Shown in pieces: positions 46,485-59,816 of a stretch of 64,000 nucleotides of DNA; within the stretch, counting starts at the first letter, position 1; each line of letters begins with the position of its first letter. The stretch is from Alphaproteobacteria bacterium (GTDB lineage Bacteria; Pseudomonadota; Alphaproteobacteria; UBA7887). The translations under genes were made by a program, and so were the position numbers. Location of the stretch: contig OZ241350.1 of assembly GCA_965200095.1 (NCBI GenBank), positions 1,334,853-1,398,852 on the forward strand, written 5' to 3'. The notes under the pieces are model-generated. The model searched no databases. It worked only from the letters and a program-made list of their open reading frames with translations, and was not told the origin of the DNA.

Positions 46485-46934
46485 GTGAACCCCCGCGTGC
46501 TGACGATCAACGGGCCGAACCTCAATCTGCTCGGCGCGCGCCAGCCGGAGATCTACGGACGCGAGACGCTCGCCGATGTCGACGCGCTTTGCCGTCGCGT
46601 CGGCGAAAGCCTGGGCCTCGATGTCGAATGTCGCCAGAGCAACGCGGAAGGGGAGCTGATCGACTGGATCCAGGGCGCGCGAGGCGCCGCCGACGGGATC
46701 GCGATCAACCCCGGGGGCTACAGTCACACGTCGGTGGCGATCATGGACGCGCTGCTGGCGTTCGAGGGACCGGCGGTGGAGGTGCACATGTCGAACGTGC
46801 TGGCGCGCGAGCCGTTCCGGCGGCGCTCGTACGTGTCTCTCGCGGTTCGGGGGACCGTCTGCGGCTTCGGAAGCCTCGGCTACCGCCTCGCGCTGGCGGC
46901 GCTGGCGCGCATGCTCGGCGAGGAGCGCGGGTGA
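46485..46934 (+). CDS. aroQ: Type II 3-dehydroquinate dehydratase
   Basis: '[21 protein letters not shown]', '[17 protein letters not shown]', 'VEVHMSNV'. Confidence 0.88.
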   Translation: MNPRVLTINGPNLNLLGARQPEIYGRETLADVDALCRRVGESLGLDVECRQSNAEGELIDWIQGARGAADGIAINPGGYSHTSVAIMDALLAFEGPAVEVHMSNVLAREPFRRRSYVSLAVRGTVCGFGSLGYRLALAALARMLGEERG

Positions 46935-47404
46935 GCGGCGGCCCGGCGTTCGACGAGGCGCTCATCCGCCGTCTGGCCGCGCTGCTGGAGGAGACGGGGC
47001 TCGACGAGATCGAGATCGGCGAGGGGCCGCGGCGGGTGCGCGTCGCGCGGCATCCGTCGGTCGTCGCAGCCCCGGCCCCGGCCCACGCCGCGCCGCCGGC
47101 CCCCGGGGACGCTGCGCCGGCGGCCGGCGAAGCGCCGCCGGACAGGGAGCCGGCCGCCGACGCGGACCATCCCGGCGCCGTCGCGTCGCCGATGGTGGGG
47201 ACGCTCTATATCGCTCCCTCGCCGGGGGAAAAGCCCTTCGTGACCGTCGGCGGGTCGGTGGCCAGGGGGGAAACCATGTTCGTCATCGAGGCGATGAAGA
47301 CGATGAACCCGGTGCGCGCGCCGCGCGGCGGCACGGTGACGCGGGTCCTGGCGAGCAACGGGTCGCCGGTCGAATACGGCCAGTTGCTCGCGATCGTCGA
47401 ATAG
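46931..47404 (+). CDS. accB: Acetyl-CoA carboxylase biotin carboxyl carrier protein
   Basis: GTGA overlap with aroQ. Pro/Ala linker. Biotinylation motif 'EAMKTMN'. Confidence 0.88.
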   Translation: MSGGPAFDEALIRRLAALLEETGLDEIEIGEGPRRVRVARHPSVVAAPAPAHAAPPAPGDAAPAAGEAPPDREPAADADHPGAVASPMVGTLYIAPSPGEKPFVTVGGSVARGETMFVIEAMKTMNPVRAPRGGTVTRVLASNGSPVEYGQLLAIVE

Positions 47405-47418
47405 CGCCCCGCCCCGCC

Positions 47419-48798
47419 GTGTTCGGCAAGGTCCTGATAGCCAACCGCGGCGAGATCGCCATGCGCATCCACCGCGCCTGCCGGGAGATGGGCATTCGCA
47501 CCGTCGCGGTGCACTCCACCGCCGACGCCGACGCCATGCATGTGCGGCTGGCGGACGAAGCGGTGTGTATCGGCCCGCCGCCGGCGACGGACAGCTATCT
47601 GAACATCCCGGCGCTGATCGCCGCCGCCGAAGTGACCGGGGCGGACGCGGTGCATCCGGGTTACGGCTTCCTCGCCGAGAACGCGCGGTTCGCGGAAATC
47701 GTGCGCGCACACGGGGTCGTCTTCATCGGCCCCGACCCCGGACATATCCGGCTGATGGGCGACAAGCTCGCGGCGCGGAACGAAATGCGCGCGCGCGGCC
47801 TCGCCCTCGTCCCCGGGTCCGACGGCCCCGTCGAGAACGGAGCGGAAGCGCGCGAAATGGCGGCGGCCATCGGCTATCCGGTGCTCGTCAAGGCCTCCGC
47901 GGGGGGCGGCGGCCGCGGCATGAAGGTGGCGCGCGGGCCCGGCGAACTGGCGGAAGCTCTCGACCTCGCGGCGAGCGAGGCGCGACAGGCGTTCGGCGAC
48001 GGCGCGGTGTTCCTCGAGAAATACCTCGCGGCGCCGCGCCACATCGAAATCCAGGTGCTGGCCGACGACGAAGGCCGGGCGGTCCATTTCGGCGAACGCG
48101 ACTGTTCGCTGCAACGCCGCCATCAGAAACTCCTCGAGGAAGCGCCGTCGCCGGCCCTGGACGCGGCGGCGCGCGCGGCGACGGGCGAACGCGCAGTGGC
48201 CGCCGTGTCGGCGCTCGGCTATCGCGGCGTCGGCACGCTGGAGTTCCTCCTCGAAGAAGGCGAGTTCTATTTCATCGAAATGAACACGCGGCTTCAGGTC
48301 GAGCATCCGGTGACGGAAATGATCACCGGCATCGATTTGGTCCGCGAGCAGATAAGGGCGGCGGCGGGCGAGCCGCTGGACCTGGAGCAAGGCGCCATCG
48401 TGGCGCGCGGCCATGCGATCGAATGCCGGATCGCCGCCGAGGACCCGGTCAGTTTCGCGCCGCGCCCCGGCACGGTGACCGATTACCATCCCCCCGGCGG
48501 CCTGGGCGTGCGCGTCGATTCGGCGCTTTACGCAGGCTACACGGTGCCGCCGCATTACGACAGCATGGTGGCGAAACTGGTGGTCCACGGGGCGAGTCGC
48601 GGCGAATGTCTGATGCGGCTGAAGCGCAGCCTGGAAGAGTTCGTCATCGACGGCATTCCCACCACCCTGCCGCTGCACCGCCGCCTCGTCGACGCGCCGG
48701 ACTTCGTGGCGGGCCGCTACGACGTGCACTGGCTCGAGCGTTTCGCAAGCGAAGGCCGACCCGGCGATGCAAAGGCGGCTTCGGCGGGAACCGGGTAG
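47419..48798 (+). CDS. accC: Acetyl-CoA carboxylase biotin carboxylase subunit
   Basis: 'MFGKVLIANRGEIAMRI', ATP-grasp motifs, 459 aa. Confidence 0.93.
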   Translation: MFGKVLIANRGEIAMRIHRACREMGIRTVAVHSTADADAMHVRLADEAVCIGPPPATDSYLNIPALIAAAEVTGADAVHPGYGFLAENARFAEIVRAHGVVFIGPDPGHIRLMGDKLAARNEMRARGLALVPGSDGPVENGAEAREMAAAIGYPVLVKASAGGGGRGMKVARGPGELAEALDLAASEARQAFGDGAVFLEKYLAAPRHIEIQVLADDEGRAVHFGERDCSLQRRHQKLLEEAPSPALDAAARAATGERAVAAVSALGYRGVGTLEFLLEEGEFYFIEMNTRLQVEHPVTEMITGIDLVREQIRAAAGEPLDLEQGAIVARGHAIECRIAAEDPVSFAPRPGTVTDYHPPGGLGVRVDSALYAGYTVPPHYDSMVAKLVVHGASRGECLMRLKRSLEEFVIDGIPTTLPLHRRLVDAPDFVAGRYDVHWLERFASEGRPGDAKAASAGTG

Positions 48799-48867
48799 GA
48801 AACCGGGCTCCCCGTCATGTCCCGTCGCAGGGCGTCCCGTGCGACGGCTGGGGGAAAAAGCAGCCCG

Positions 48868-50415
<1,548 letters not shown>

Positions 50416-50455
50416 CTATAATGAGCGCCGGGCGGCGGCGCAGGGAGGGAACGGA

Positions 50456-51094
50456 ATGAGCGAAACCGGCGCGGACGAAGCCGCAATCAACGCCCGGGCC
50501 AACGAAAAGGCGCGCCGCAAGAAGGCCGCGCGCGACCGGATGCTGGCCGGCAAGACCATCGAGAAAGGGCTGCTCATCGTTCACACCGGCAAGGGGAAGG
50601 GCAAGTCGACGGCGGCGTTCGGACTCGCCGCCCGCGCCATCGGCAACGGCATGCGCGTCGGCGTCGTTCAGTTCGTCAAGGGCAAATGGCGCACCGGCGA
50701 ACGCGCGGTCCTCGAACGCTTCCCCGACCGGGCGACGGTGCGGACCATGGGCGAAGGCTTCACCTGGGAAACCCAGGACCGGGCGCGCGACATCCGCGCT
50801 GCGCAAGCGGCGTGGGCCGTCTCGCGTGAGATGATCGCCGCGGCCCGCGGCCCCGAACCGGCTTACGACATGGTCGTTCTGGACGAGATCAACATCGTCC
50901 TGCGCTACGGCTACCTGTCGCTCGACGAGGTGGTCGCCGAATTGCGGGCGCGACCGCCGATGCTGCACGTCGTGGCGACGGGCCGCAACGCCGGGGCGGC
51001 GCTCATCGAGGCCGCCGACCTCGTCACGGAAATGACGATGGTCAAGCATCCGTTCCGGGCCGGGGTCAAGGCGCAGAAAGGCATCGAATTTTGA
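50456..51094 (+). CDS. cobO: Cob(I)yrinic acid a,c-diamide adenosyltransferase
   Basis: SD AGGGAGGGA. '[19 protein letters not shown]', '[15 protein letters not shown]'. Confidence 0.88.
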   Translation: MSETGADEAAINARANEKARRKKAARDRMLAGKTIEKGLLIVHTGKGKGKSTAAFGLAARAIGNGMRVGVVQFVKGKWRTGERAVLERFPDRATVRTMGEGFTWETQDRARDIRAAQAAWAVSREMIAAARGPEPAYDMVVLDEINIVLRYGYLSLDEVVAELRARPPMLHVVATGRNAGAALIEAADLVTEMTMVKHPFRAGVKAQKGIEF

Positions 51095-52590
51095 CCGCGG
51101 CGCTGATGCTGCAAGGCACGGGTTCGGATGTCGGCAAGTCCCTGCTGGCGGCCGGCCTGTGCCGCGCGGCGGCGCGGCGCGGCATCCGGGTCCGCCCGTT
51201 CAAGCCGCAGAACATGTCGAACAACGCCGCGGTCACGGCCGACGGCGGCGAGATCGGCCGCGCCCAGGCCCTCCAGGCGCGCGCCTGCGGCGTCGCCCCG
51301 ACGCGCGACATGAACCCGGTGTTGCTCAAGCCGCAATCGGAGGTGGGCGCCCAGGTCGTCGTCCGCGGCGCGGTGCGCGGCAACGCCCATGCGCGCGAAT
51401 TTCAGGCGATGAAGCCCCGCCTGCTCGACGCCGTGCTGGACAGTTTCGCGCGGCTCTGCGCCGACGCCGAACTCGTGATCGTCGAGGGCGCCGGAAGCCC
51501 CGCCGAGATCAATCTGCGCGCCGGCGATATCGCCAATATGGGGTTCGCGCGCGCCGCCGGCGTTCCCGTCGCGCTGGTCGGCGACATCGACCGCGGCGGC
51601 GTCATCGCCCAGATCGTGGGCGTCTGGACGGTGCTCGACCCCGCCGACCGCGCGTTGCTCGCCGGCGCCGTCGTCAACAAGTTCCGCGGCGACATTTCCC
51701 TGTTCGAATCCGGACTGGCGGCCATCGCCGAACGCACCGGCCTGACCGATTTCGGGGTGGCGCCCTGGTTCGCCGACGCCGCGCGCCTGCCGGCCGAGGA
51801 CGCTATGTCCGCCGGGGCCGCCGGACGCGCGGACTCATCGCCGCCGCCCGGCGACGCGCCCGCCCGCCCCATCCGCATCTTCGCGCCGCTGCTGCCGCGC
51901 ATCGCCAATTTCGACGACCTCGACCCGTTGCGCGCCGAACCCGACGTGGCGCTCCGGATGCTGCGCGCCGGCGAAGCGCTGCCGGGCAATGCGGACCTGG
52001 TGCTGCTGTGCGGCTCGAAATCGACCCTCGCCGACCTCGCGGCGTTGCGCGCCAACGGGTGGGACATCGACATTCTCGCTCACCGGCGGCGCGGCGGCGC
52101 GGTCCTCGGCCTGTGCGGCGGCCGCCAGATGCTCGGCCGCGCGGTCTGCGACGCCGACGGCGTCGAGGGCCCTCCGGGCCGCGCCGAGGGGCTCGGCCTG
52201 CTGCCTTGCGAAACCCGCATCGTCGCGCGCAAGGTGCTGCGCCCCGCGCACGGAGTCGACCGCGCCACCGGCGAGGCGGTGCGCGGCTATCTGATGCATA
52301 TGGGCGAGACCGTCGGCGACGCGCCGCCCATGCTCGACCTCGACGGCGGCCCCGACGGGGCGGTGTCGCGCGACGGGCTGGTGCAGGGGTGCTACCTGCA
52401 CGGGCTGTTCGCGGCGGACGGCTTCCGTCACGCCTTTCTCGACCGCTTGCGGCGGCGGGCGCCGTCGGGCGTCGCCTGGGAGGCGACGGTCGACGACACG
52501 CTCGACCGGCTGGCGGACCATCTCGAGGCCCACCTCGCCATCGACCGGATGCTGGACGCCGCCCATGCCGGCCCACAAGATCGCCAGTAG
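51091..52590 (+). CDS. cobQ: Cobyric acid synthase
   Basis: '[13 protein letters not shown]', with a C-terminal glutamine amidotransferase domain. The TTG start overlaps the cobO stop. Confidence 0.88.
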   Translation: MTAALMLQGTGSDVGKSLLAAGLCRAAARRGIRVRPFKPQNMSNNAAVTADGGEIGRAQALQARACGVAPTRDMNPVLLKPQSEVGAQVVVRGAVRGNAHAREFQAMKPRLLDAVLDSFARLCADAELVIVEGAGSPAEINLRAGDIANMGFARAAGVPVALVGDIDRGGVIAQIVGVWTVLDPADRALLAGAVVNKFRGDISLFESGLAAIAERTGLTDFGVAPWFADAARLPAEDAMSAGAAGRADSSPPPGDAPARPIRIFAPLLPRIANFDDLDPLRAEPDVALRMLRAGEALPGNADLVLLCGSKSTLADLAALRANGWDIDILAHRRRGGAVLGLCGGRQMLGRAVCDADGVEGPPGRAEGLGLLPCETRIVARKVLRPAHGVDRATGEAVRGYLMHMGETVGDAPPMLDLDGGPDGAVSRDGLVQGCYLHGLFAADGFRHAFLDRLRRRAPSGVAWEATVDDTLDRLADHLEAHLAIDRMLDAAHAGPQDRQ

Positions 52591-53505
52591 AACGGCGAGC
52601 GCCGCCGCGGCGCGGCGCAGCAGGGCGGCGGCGGCGCGGACATCGGCGGCGTCCGCCGGGCGTCCGCCGCGTTCGGGCGCGAACTCCTCGCCCAGCCACG
52701 GGTCCCGGGTCCATGCGCCTCCGTATCGCCGCGGCCCCGCCAGGGCCAGGCCGAGCGCGCCGGCGAGGGCGGCCTCGGGCCAGCCGGCGTTCGGAGAGCG
52801 GTGTTTCGCCGCGTCGCGGCGCATCGTCCGCCACGCCGCGCGGCGCCACGACACGGCGCACAGCAGCGCGCCGGTCAGCCGCGCCGGCGCCCAGTTAGCG
52901 GCGTCGTCGAGGCGGGCGGCGAAACGCCCGAATTCGTCGTGCCGCGGGGTGCGATGTCCGATCATGCTGTCGAGCGTGTTGATCGCCTTGTGCGCCGCGA
53001 GCCCCGGCAGGCCGAGAAGCAGATACCAGAACAGCGGCGCCACGGCGCCGTCGCTCAGGTTCTCGCCCGCCGACTCGATCGCCGCCCGCGCCGCCCCCGC
53101 CGCGTCGAGGCTTTGCGGGTCGCGTCCGGCGAGTCGGCGGACGGCGACGCGCGCCGCCTCCGGGCCGGCGTCGAGTCCGCGCGCCGCGTCGAGAACGGCG
53201 TCGTGCAGACCGCGCCAGGCGATGAGCGCGCCGGCGAGCGCGGCTTCGACCAGCCATCCTCCCGGCGCCGCGTCGAGACCGAGGGCGACGATCCCGCCCG
53301 CCGCCGCTGCGCCCGCGACCAGGCCCAGGGTTACCGCGGCGCCGCGCCGCGCCCGGTCCGTCCCCGGCCGGTTGAAGCGCCGGTCGAGCGTCGCCGCGGC
53401 GCGTCCGAACGCGGCGACGGGATGCGGAACGAGGCGATACAATCGCGGCGGGTCGCCGACCGCGACATCGATGAGAAAGGCGAGCAGAACGACCGGCGGG
53501 TCCAT
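52545..53505 (-). CDS. cobD: Adenosylcobinamide-phosphate synthase CobD/CbiB; 3' end not defined
   Basis: '[35 protein letters not shown]', '[16 protein letters not shown]'. The homologous part spans about 320 aa from 53505. This frame has no stop until 51835. Confidence 0.65.
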
Positions 53506-53565
53506 GCGGCGACCATGCGCGCGCGCCGCGCCCGCGGTCAAACGCGCCGCCGGAGGAGGAACGCG

Positions 53566-54531
53566 ATGAGCGCGAAAACCGGGGTGATGATATGCGGCCA
53601 CGGCAGCCGCGACGGGGACGCCGTCGCCGAATTCGCCGCGTTCGCTCGCGCCGTGGCGAAGCGCCTGCCCGATCATATCGTCGAGTCGGGTTTTCTGGAG
53701 TTCGCGCGGCCCGTCATCCGCGACGGGCTCGACGCGCTTCGCGCCGCCGGGGTCGAGCGCATTCTCGCGGCGCCGGGGATGCTCTTCGCCGCCGGCCACG
53801 CCAAGAACGACATCCCGTCGGTGCTGAACGCATGGGCGGCCGAACATGACGGGCCGCCGGTGGACTACGCCCGCGAACTCGGCGTCGACCCGAAACTCGT
53901 CCGCGCCGCCGGGGCCCGCGTCGAGAACGCGCTCGCCGCCGCCGGCGACCGGATCCCCCGTTCCGATACGGCGCTGGTCGTCGTCGGGCGCGGCGCGTCC
54001 GACCCCGACGCCAACGCCAACGTCGCGAAGGTCATGCGGCTGTTGTGGGAGGGCCTGGGCCTGGGCTGGGGCGAAACCGCCTATTCGGGCGTCACCTTTC
54101 CCGTCGTCGCGCCGGCGCTGGACCGGGTGGCGCGCCTCGGCTTCCGGCGGGTGGTCGTCGTCCCGTGGTTCCTGTTCACCGGCGTCCTCGTCAAGCGCAT
54201 CTACGCGCATACCGACCGCGCCGCCGCCCGCTATCCGGAGATCGAGTTCGTCAAGGCGTCCTACCTCGCCGACCACCCGCTGGCGGTCGAGACCTTCGTC
54301 GAGCGCATCGCCGACCTCCGGCGCGGCGACAACGCGATGAACTGCCGGCTGTGCAAATATCGCGAGGCCGTGCTCGGCTTCGAGGACGAAGTCGGCCTGC
54401 CGCAACGGAGCCATCACCATCATGTCGAGGGCGTCGGGACCGGCGACGCGCAAGCGCCTCGACACGACCGCGGGCATACGCATCATCCCTATCCCCACGC
54501 CGCGCATCCGCTGGGGCCGGCCGGACCGTGA
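53566..54531 (+). CDS. cbiX: Sirohydrochlorin cobaltochelatase, long form (CbiX-L) with a C-terminal Fe-S/His-rich tail
   Basis: SD GGAGGAGG. Two CbiX domains ('VMICGHGSRD', 'LVVVGRGASDPDANAN'). Tail 'MNCRLCKYRE...HHHHVEG'. Confidence 0.8.
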   Translation: MSAKTGVMICGHGSRDGDAVAEFAAFARAVAKRLPDHIVESGFLEFARPVIRDGLDALRAAGVERILAAPGMLFAAGHAKNDIPSVLNAWAAEHDGPPVDYARELGVDPKLVRAAGARVENALAAAGDRIPRSDTALVVVGRGASDPDANANVAKVMRLLWEGLGLGWGETAYSGVTFPVVAPALDRVARLGFRRVVVVPWFLFTGVLVKRIYAHTDRAAARYPEIEFVKASYLADHPLAVETFVERIADLRRGDNAMNCRLCKYREAVLGFEDEVGLPQRSHHHHVEGVGTGDAQAPRHDRGHTHHPYPHAAHPLGPAGP

Positions 54532-55175
54532 ACTATCTGCGCGACGCCGACGCCATCATGCGTCGGTCGTTCGAGATCCTGCGCCGGGAAGCCGATTTCT
54601 CGTCGCTGCCGGCGGAGCTCGCGCCGGTGGCGGAGCGTCTGGTTCACGCCTGCGGAATGCCGGACATCGTAACCGGCCTCGCCCACGCGGGCGATGTCGC
54701 CGGGGCGGCGCGCCGCGCGCTCGCCGACGGCGCGCCGGTGCTGGCGGACGGACGCATGACCGAAGCCGGGGTCCTGCGCGACCGCCTGCCCGCGCGCAAT
54801 CCGGTGGTCTGCACCCTCGAAGAGGCGTCGCGCGGCGCCGGCACGCGCTCGGCCGCCGCGGTCGAACTGTGGCTTCCGCGCCTCGCCGGAGCGGTGGTCG
54901 CCATCGGCGCCGCGCCGACGGCGCTGTTCCGGCTGCTGGAGCTGCTCGCCGACGGCGCGCCGCGGCCGGCGGCGATTTTCGCCTTCCCCGTCGGCTTCGT
55001 CGGCGCCGCCGAGTCCAAACAGGCATTATGCGACGCCGCCGTCGCCGCGCCCTATCTGACGCTCCTCGGCCGGCGCGGCGGCAGCGCCCTGGCGGCGGCG
55101 GCCGTCAACGCCGTCGCGGGGAGTCCCCCCGCTGCGTCCGGCCCGGCGACGAAGGGACGCCGCGCCGCCCCGTGA
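54528..55175 (+). CDS. cobH: Precorrin-8X methylmutase
   Basis: GTGA overlap with cbiX. 'YLRDADAIMRRSFEILRRE', 'FAFPVGFVGAAESK'. Confidence 0.85.
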   Translation: MNYLRDADAIMRRSFEILRREADFSSLPAELAPVAERLVHACGMPDIVTGLAHAGDVAGAARRALADGAPVLADGRMTEAGVLRDRLPARNPVVCTLEEASRGAGTRSAAAVELWLPRLAGAVVAIGAAPTALFRLLELLADGAPRPAAIFAFPVGFVGAAESKQALCDAAVAAPYLTLLGRRGGSALAAAAVNAVAGSPPAASGPATKGRRAAP

Positions 55176-56395
55176 CGGCGTGGCTGTCGGTCGTCGGCCT
55201 CGGCGAGGACGGGCTGGCCGGACTCGGCCGACGCGCGCGCCGACTGGTCGACTCCGCCGAGATCCTGGCGGGCGGGCGGCGCCATCTGGCGATGGTCCCC
55301 GACGATCCGCGCCCGCGCCTCGAATGGTCGAACCCGCCCGAAAAGGGCGTCGCCGCGCTCCTCGCCTGCCGGCCGAAACCGGTTTGCGCGCTCGCCACCG
55401 GCGACCCCATGCATTACGGGGTCGGCGCGGTCCTCGCGCGCCGCGTCCCCGCCGACGAAATGACCGTGGTCCCGGCGCCGGACGCCTTCGCGCTGGCCTG
55501 CGCCGCGCTGGCGTGGCCCCGCGCCGGGGTCGCGACCCTCACCCTCCACGGAAACGCGCCCCGGCGGCGGGTCGAGTCGCTCGGCCCCCATCTCTTCCCC
55601 GGCGCGCGTCTGATCGCGCTTTCCCGCGATGGCGGCACGCCGGCGGCGGTCGCCGGTTTTCTGACCGCGCAGGGCTTCGGCGCCAGCCGTCTGACGGCGC
55701 TGGAGCGCATGGGCGGCCCGCGGTTCCGGCGCCTCGCGGGCCGGGCGGACGCCTGGCCGCCGGAAGAGGCGCGCCGCGAACCCGTCGCCGACCTCAATAC
55801 GCTGGCCATCGAATGCGCCGGCGGCGAGGGCCGGACCCGTGCGCCCGGCCTGCCCGACGACGCTTACGAACATGACGGCCAGATCACCAAGCGCGAAGTC
55901 CGCGCCGCGACTCTCGCGGCGCTCGCGCCGACGCCCGGAGCGCTGCTGTGGGATGTGGGCGCGGGCGCCGGATCGGTCGCCATCGAATGGCTGCGGAGCG
56001 ACCGGCGCTGTCGCGCCGTCGCCGTGGAGCGCGACCCGCTGCGTCGCGCGCGGATACTCCGCAACGCCGCCGCGCTCGGCGCGCCGCAGCTCGAGGTCGC
56101 GAACGGCGCGGCGCCGGCGGCGCTCGCCGGCCTCGAGGCCCCCGACGCCGCGTTCGTCGGCGGCGGCGTGGCCGACGATGCGGTCTGGGAAGCCTGCTGG
56201 GCGGCGCTGCGCCCGCGCGGGCGGCTGGTCGCCAATGCGGTGACCGTCGGCGGCGAGGCGCGCCTGCTCGCCCGCTACGCGCAGCGCGGCGGGGCTCTGT
56301 CGCGCATTGCCGTCTCCCGCGCCGGGCCGATGGGCGGCGGCGTCGCCTGGCGGGCGCTGCGACCGGTCACGCAGCTGACGCAAACGAAGCCGTGA
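55172..56395 (+). CDS. cobL: Precorrin-6Y C5,15-methyltransferase (decarboxylating), fused CbiE/CbiT
   Basis: GTGA overlap with cobH. 'LSVVGLGEDG', SAM-MTase 'LWDVGAGAGSVAIEW'. Confidence 0.85.
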   Translation: MTAWLSVVGLGEDGLAGLGRRARRLVDSAEILAGGRRHLAMVPDDPRPRLEWSNPPEKGVAALLACRPKPVCALATGDPMHYGVGAVLARRVPADEMTVVPAPDAFALACAALAWPRAGVATLTLHGNAPRRRVESLGPHLFPGARLIALSRDGGTPAAVAGFLTAQGFGASRLTALERMGGPRFRRLAGRADAWPPEEARREPVADLNTLAIECAGGEGRTRAPGLPDDAYEHDGQITKREVRAATLAALAPTPGALLWDVGAGAGSVAIEWLRSDRRCRAVAVERDPLRRARILRNAAALGAPQLEVANGAAPAALAGLEAPDAAFVGGGVADDAVWEACWAALRPRGRLVANAVTVGGEARLLARYAQRGGALSRIAVSRAGPMGGGVAWRALRPVTQLTQTKP

Positions 56396-56405
56396 CGGCG
56401 GCGCC

Positions 56406-57110
56406 ATGACCGGCGCCGTCTGGGGCCTCGGCGTCGGACCCGGCGACCCCGAACTGATCACCCTCAAGGCGTTGCGGCTGCTGCGCGCCGCCGACCTCGT
56501 CGTCTACCCGGCGACCGCGACGGGCGAAAGCGTCACCCGCGGGATCGTGGCGCCGCATCTCGACCGCGACCGCGAGGAAATGGCGGTCCGCGTGCCCATG
56601 ACCGCGGCGCGCTTCCCGCCGCGGGCGATCTACGACCGCGCCGCGGACGCCATCGCGGCGCGGGCCGCCGCCGGCGACCGCGTAGCGGTCCTGTGCGAAG
56701 GCGACCCGTTCCTCTACGGCTCGTTCATGTATCTGTTCGCCCGCCTGTCGGAGCGCGCGCGCGTGGAAGTCGTGCCGGGCGTGTCGTCGCTCACCGCCTG
56801 CGCGGCGCGCCTCGGCGCCCCGCTGGCGGCCCGGAACGACGTTCTGAGCGTGATCCCGGCCGGCCTCGGCGACGCCGATCTGGCGCGCCGGATCGACGCC
56901 GCCGACGCCGCCGCCATCGTCAAGGTGGGGCGTCATTTCGCGCGCTTGCGCCGCGTTCTCGCGGCGCGGGGACTGGCGGACCGCGCCCGCTACGTGGAAC
57001 GCGCGACCATGCCGAACGAACGGAGCGCGCCGCTTGCGGCCGTCGACCCGGCGACGGTCCCCTATTTCTCGATGGTGCTGGTGCACAAGCGGGGCGACGC
57101 ATGGCGGTAG
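56406..57110 (+). CDS. cobI: Precorrin-2 C20-methyltransferase
   Basis: 'VWGLGVGPGDPELITLKA', 'VLCEGDPFLYGSF'. Confidence 0.88.
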   Translation: MTGAVWGLGVGPGDPELITLKALRLLRAADLVVYPATATGESVTRGIVAPHLDRDREEMAVRVPMTAARFPPRAIYDRAADAIAARAAAGDRVAVLCEGDPFLYGSFMYLFARLSERARVEVVPGVSSLTACAARLGAPLAARNDVLSVIPAGLGDADLARRIDAADAAAIVKVGRHFARLRRVLAARGLADRARYVERATMPNERSAPLAAVDPATVPYFSMVLVHKRGDAWR

Positions 57111-58906
57111 GGACGCCGGCCCCCGCGGTGGTGGTTCTCGGCGCGCGCGGCATGGCGACGGCGCGCCGCGCCGCCGCAGCGCTCGACGACGCGCGCGTCC
57201 ACGGCCTCGCGCCTCGCACCGACGGCGCCGACGAGAACTTCGACTGTCTCCGCGCCCATCTTGCGGCGCTGTTCGGTGCCGGCGTCCCCATCGTCGGCGT
57301 GTGCGCGGCCGGGATACTGATCCGGACGCTGGCGCCGTTGCTGGGCGACAAGACCGCCGAGCCGCCGGTTGTCGCGCTGTCGGACGACGGCGCCTATGCG
57401 CTGCCGCTGCTCGGCGGGCATCGCGGCGCCAATCGCCTGGCGCGCCGGCTGGCGCGGGCGTTCGGCGGCGCGGCGGCGATCACTTCCGCGAGCGACGCGC
57501 GCTTCGGCGTCTCGCTCGACGAACCGCCGCCGGGCTGGACTCTCGCCAACCCCGAAAATGCGAAGGAGTTCGCGGCGGGGCTGCTGGGAGGCGCGCGCGT
57601 CCGCATGGCCGGCCCGGCATCCCACCCGCCGCCGTGGCTCGCCGCCGGCGCGCTGCCGTTCGACGATTCGGGAGCGCTGGCCATCGAGGTTTCCGACCGC
57701 CGCGGCGCCGCGGCCGCGAACACGCTGCTCTATCGCCCGCGCCGCCTGGCGCTCGGCGTCGGCTGCGAACGCGACGCCGCGCCGGAAGCGGCGATAGCGC
57801 TCGCGGAAGCGGTCCTCGACATGGCGGAGGCGGACGAGTCGGCGCTGGCCTGCGTCGCGTCGCTCGATCTCAAGGCCGACGAGGCGGCGGTCCACGCGGT
57901 GGCGGAGCGCTTCGGCGCGCCGGCGCGTTTCTTTCCCGCGGCGCGGCTCGAGGAAGAAACGCCGCGCCTCGCCAACCCGTCGCCGACCGTGTTCCGCGCC
58001 GTGGGCTGTCACGGCGTCGCGGAAGCGGCGGCGCTGGCGGCGGCCGGCGCGGACGGGCGCCTGGCGGTCGCGAAGCGCGTCGCCGGCGCCGTGACCTGCG
58101 CTCTCGCGCGGGCGACGGCGCCCATCGACCCGGAGACCGTCGGCGCGCCGCGCGGCCGCCTCACGATCGTCGGAATCGGGCCCGGCGACCCCCGCTGGCG
58201 CACCGCCGAGGCGGAGGAAGCGCTGGCGCGCGCCGAAGACATCGTGGGATATCGCGGCTATCTGGACCTTCTCGGCGCGCCGCGGCGCGGACAGCGGCGT
58301 CACGCCTTTCCGCTCGGCGCCGAAGAGGCGCGGGCGCGCTTCGCGCTCGATCTGGCGGCGCAGGGGCGGCAGGTCGCCCTGGTATCCTCCGGAGACCCCG
58401 GGATCTACGCCATGGCGGCGCTGGTCTTCGAATGTCTGGACCGGGCCGGCCGTGCGGACTGGCGGCGCGCCGGGATCGTCGTGGCCCCCGGCGTGTCCGC
58501 CTTGCAGGCCGCGGCGGCGCGCGCCGGGGCGCCGCTCGGCCATGATTTCTGCGCCATCTCGCTGTCCGACCTCCTGACTCCCTGGACGACGATCGAAAAG
58601 CGCCTCCGCGCCGCCGCCGGGGCGGATTTCGTCGTCGCCCTCTACAACCCGGTCTCCGCGCGGCGGCGCGGCCGGCTCGCCCGCGCTCGCGACTGCCTCC
58701 TGACCGCCCGCGCGCCCGGAACGCCGGTGACGGTGGCGCGCAATCTCGGTCGCGACGGCGAGACGGTGCGGCGCACCGCCCTTGCGGCGCTTTCCGAGGC
58801 CGATGCGGACATGCTGACGGTGGTGATCGTCGGCGCGACGACGACGCGGACCGTCGCCGGCGCGGATTGGGTCTACACCCCGCGCGGCTACCCGGTGGCG
58901 CGGTGA
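57101..58906 (+). CDS. cobJ: Fused CbiG-like protein / precorrin-3B C17-methyltransferase
   Basis: The N-terminal ~340 aa is CbiG-like ('VVVLGARG', '[25 protein letters not shown]'). The C-terminal ~250 aa is CobJ ('[14 protein letters not shown]', '[15 protein letters not shown]'). Confidence 0.8.
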   Translation: MAVGTPAPAVVVLGARGMATARRAAAALDDARVHGLAPRTDGADENFDCLRAHLAALFGAGVPIVGVCAAGILIRTLAPLLGDKTAEPPVVALSDDGAYALPLLGGHRGANRLARRLARAFGGAAAITSASDARFGVSLDEPPPGWTLANPENAKEFAAGLLGGARVRMAGPASHPPPWLAAGALPFDDSGALAIEVSDRRGAAAANTLLYRPRRLALGVGCERDAAPEAAIALAEAVLDMAEADESALACVASLDLKADEAAVHAVAERFGAPARFFPAARLEEETPRLANPSPTVFRAVGCHGVAEAAALAAAGADGRLAVAKRVAGAVTCALARATAPIDPETVGAPRGRLTIVGIGPGDPRWRTAEAEEALARAEDIVGYRGYLDLLGAPRRGQRRHAFPLGAEEARARFALDLAAQGRQVALVSSGDPGIYAMAALVFECLDRAGRADWRRAGIVVAPGVSALQAAAARAGAPLGHDFCAISLSDLLTPWTTIEKRLRAAAGADFVVALYNPVSARRRGRLARARDCLLTARAPGTPVTVARNLGRDGETVRRTALAALSEADADMLTVVIVGATTTRTVAGADWVYTPRGYPVAR

Positions 58907-59664
58907 CGGTCCATTTCATCGGCGCCGGGCCGGGGGCGGCGGACCTGATCACGATTCGCGGGCGCGACCTCATCGCCCGCTGCCCCGTGTGCCTTTACGC
59001 CGGTTCGCTGGCGCCGCCCGAAATAGTCGCTGTCGCGCCGGCGGACGCGCGGATAATCGACACGGCGCCGCTGACGCTCGACCGGATCGTCGGGGAAATG
59101 CGGCGCGCCGATGCGGCGGGGATGGACGTCGCGCGCGTGCATTCGGGCGACCCGTCGCTTTACGGCGCGACCGCGGAGCAAATGCGGAGACTGGACGCGC
59201 TGGGAATCGCCTGGGACGTGACTCCCGGCGTGCCCGCCTTCGCGGCGGCGGCGGCGGCGCTGGGGCGCGAGTTGACGCTGCCCGGAGTGGCGCAAAGCGT
59301 GGTGCTGACGCGCACCGCAGGCAAGGCGTCGGCGATGCCGGCGGGCGAGGACCTCGCCGCGTTCGCCGCGACCGGCGCGACGGTCGCGCTGCATCTCTCG
59401 ATCCGCAATCTGCGCGCGGTGGAGCGCGCGTTGACGCCGATCTGCGGCGCCGACTGTCCGGTCGCCGTGGTCTATCGCGCGAGCTGGCCCGATCAGAAGA
59501 TCGTTCGCGGAACCCTGGCGGACATCCGCGCCCGGGTGCGCGCCGCGCGCATCACCCGCACCGCGCTGATTCTCGTCGGGCGCGCGCTCGCGCCCGAGGA
59601 GTTCGCCGAAAGCGCTCTCTACGACCCCTCCCATGCGCATCTGCTGCGCCCCCGCCGCGGCTGA
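58903..59664 (+). CDS. cobM: Precorrin-4 C11-methyltransferase
   Basis: GTGA overlap with cobJ. '[18 protein letters not shown]', '[14 protein letters not shown]'. Confidence 0.88.
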   Translation: MTVHFIGAGPGAADLITIRGRDLIARCPVCLYAGSLAPPEIVAVAPADARIIDTAPLTLDRIVGEMRRADAAGMDVARVHSGDPSLYGATAEQMRRLDALGIAWDVTPGVPAFAAAAAALGRELTLPGVAQSVVLTRTAGKASAMPAGEDLAAFAATGATVALHLSIRNLRAVERALTPICGADCPVAVVYRASWPDQKIVRGTLADIRARVRAARITRTALILVGRALAPEEFAESALYDPSHAHLLRPRRG

Positions 59665-59816
59665 GACGCCGGACGCCGACCGGCCCGATACCCCGCTCCG
59701 CCCCGTGCGGGGCTCCCCGGAAGTCGAACGGCGGTCTGCAAACGGACGGCTCTTGCGGCGCATGGGGCGACCGTAATCCTCCGTTACCGGCGATTCGCGG
59801 CCTTGCGTCCTGCGGT

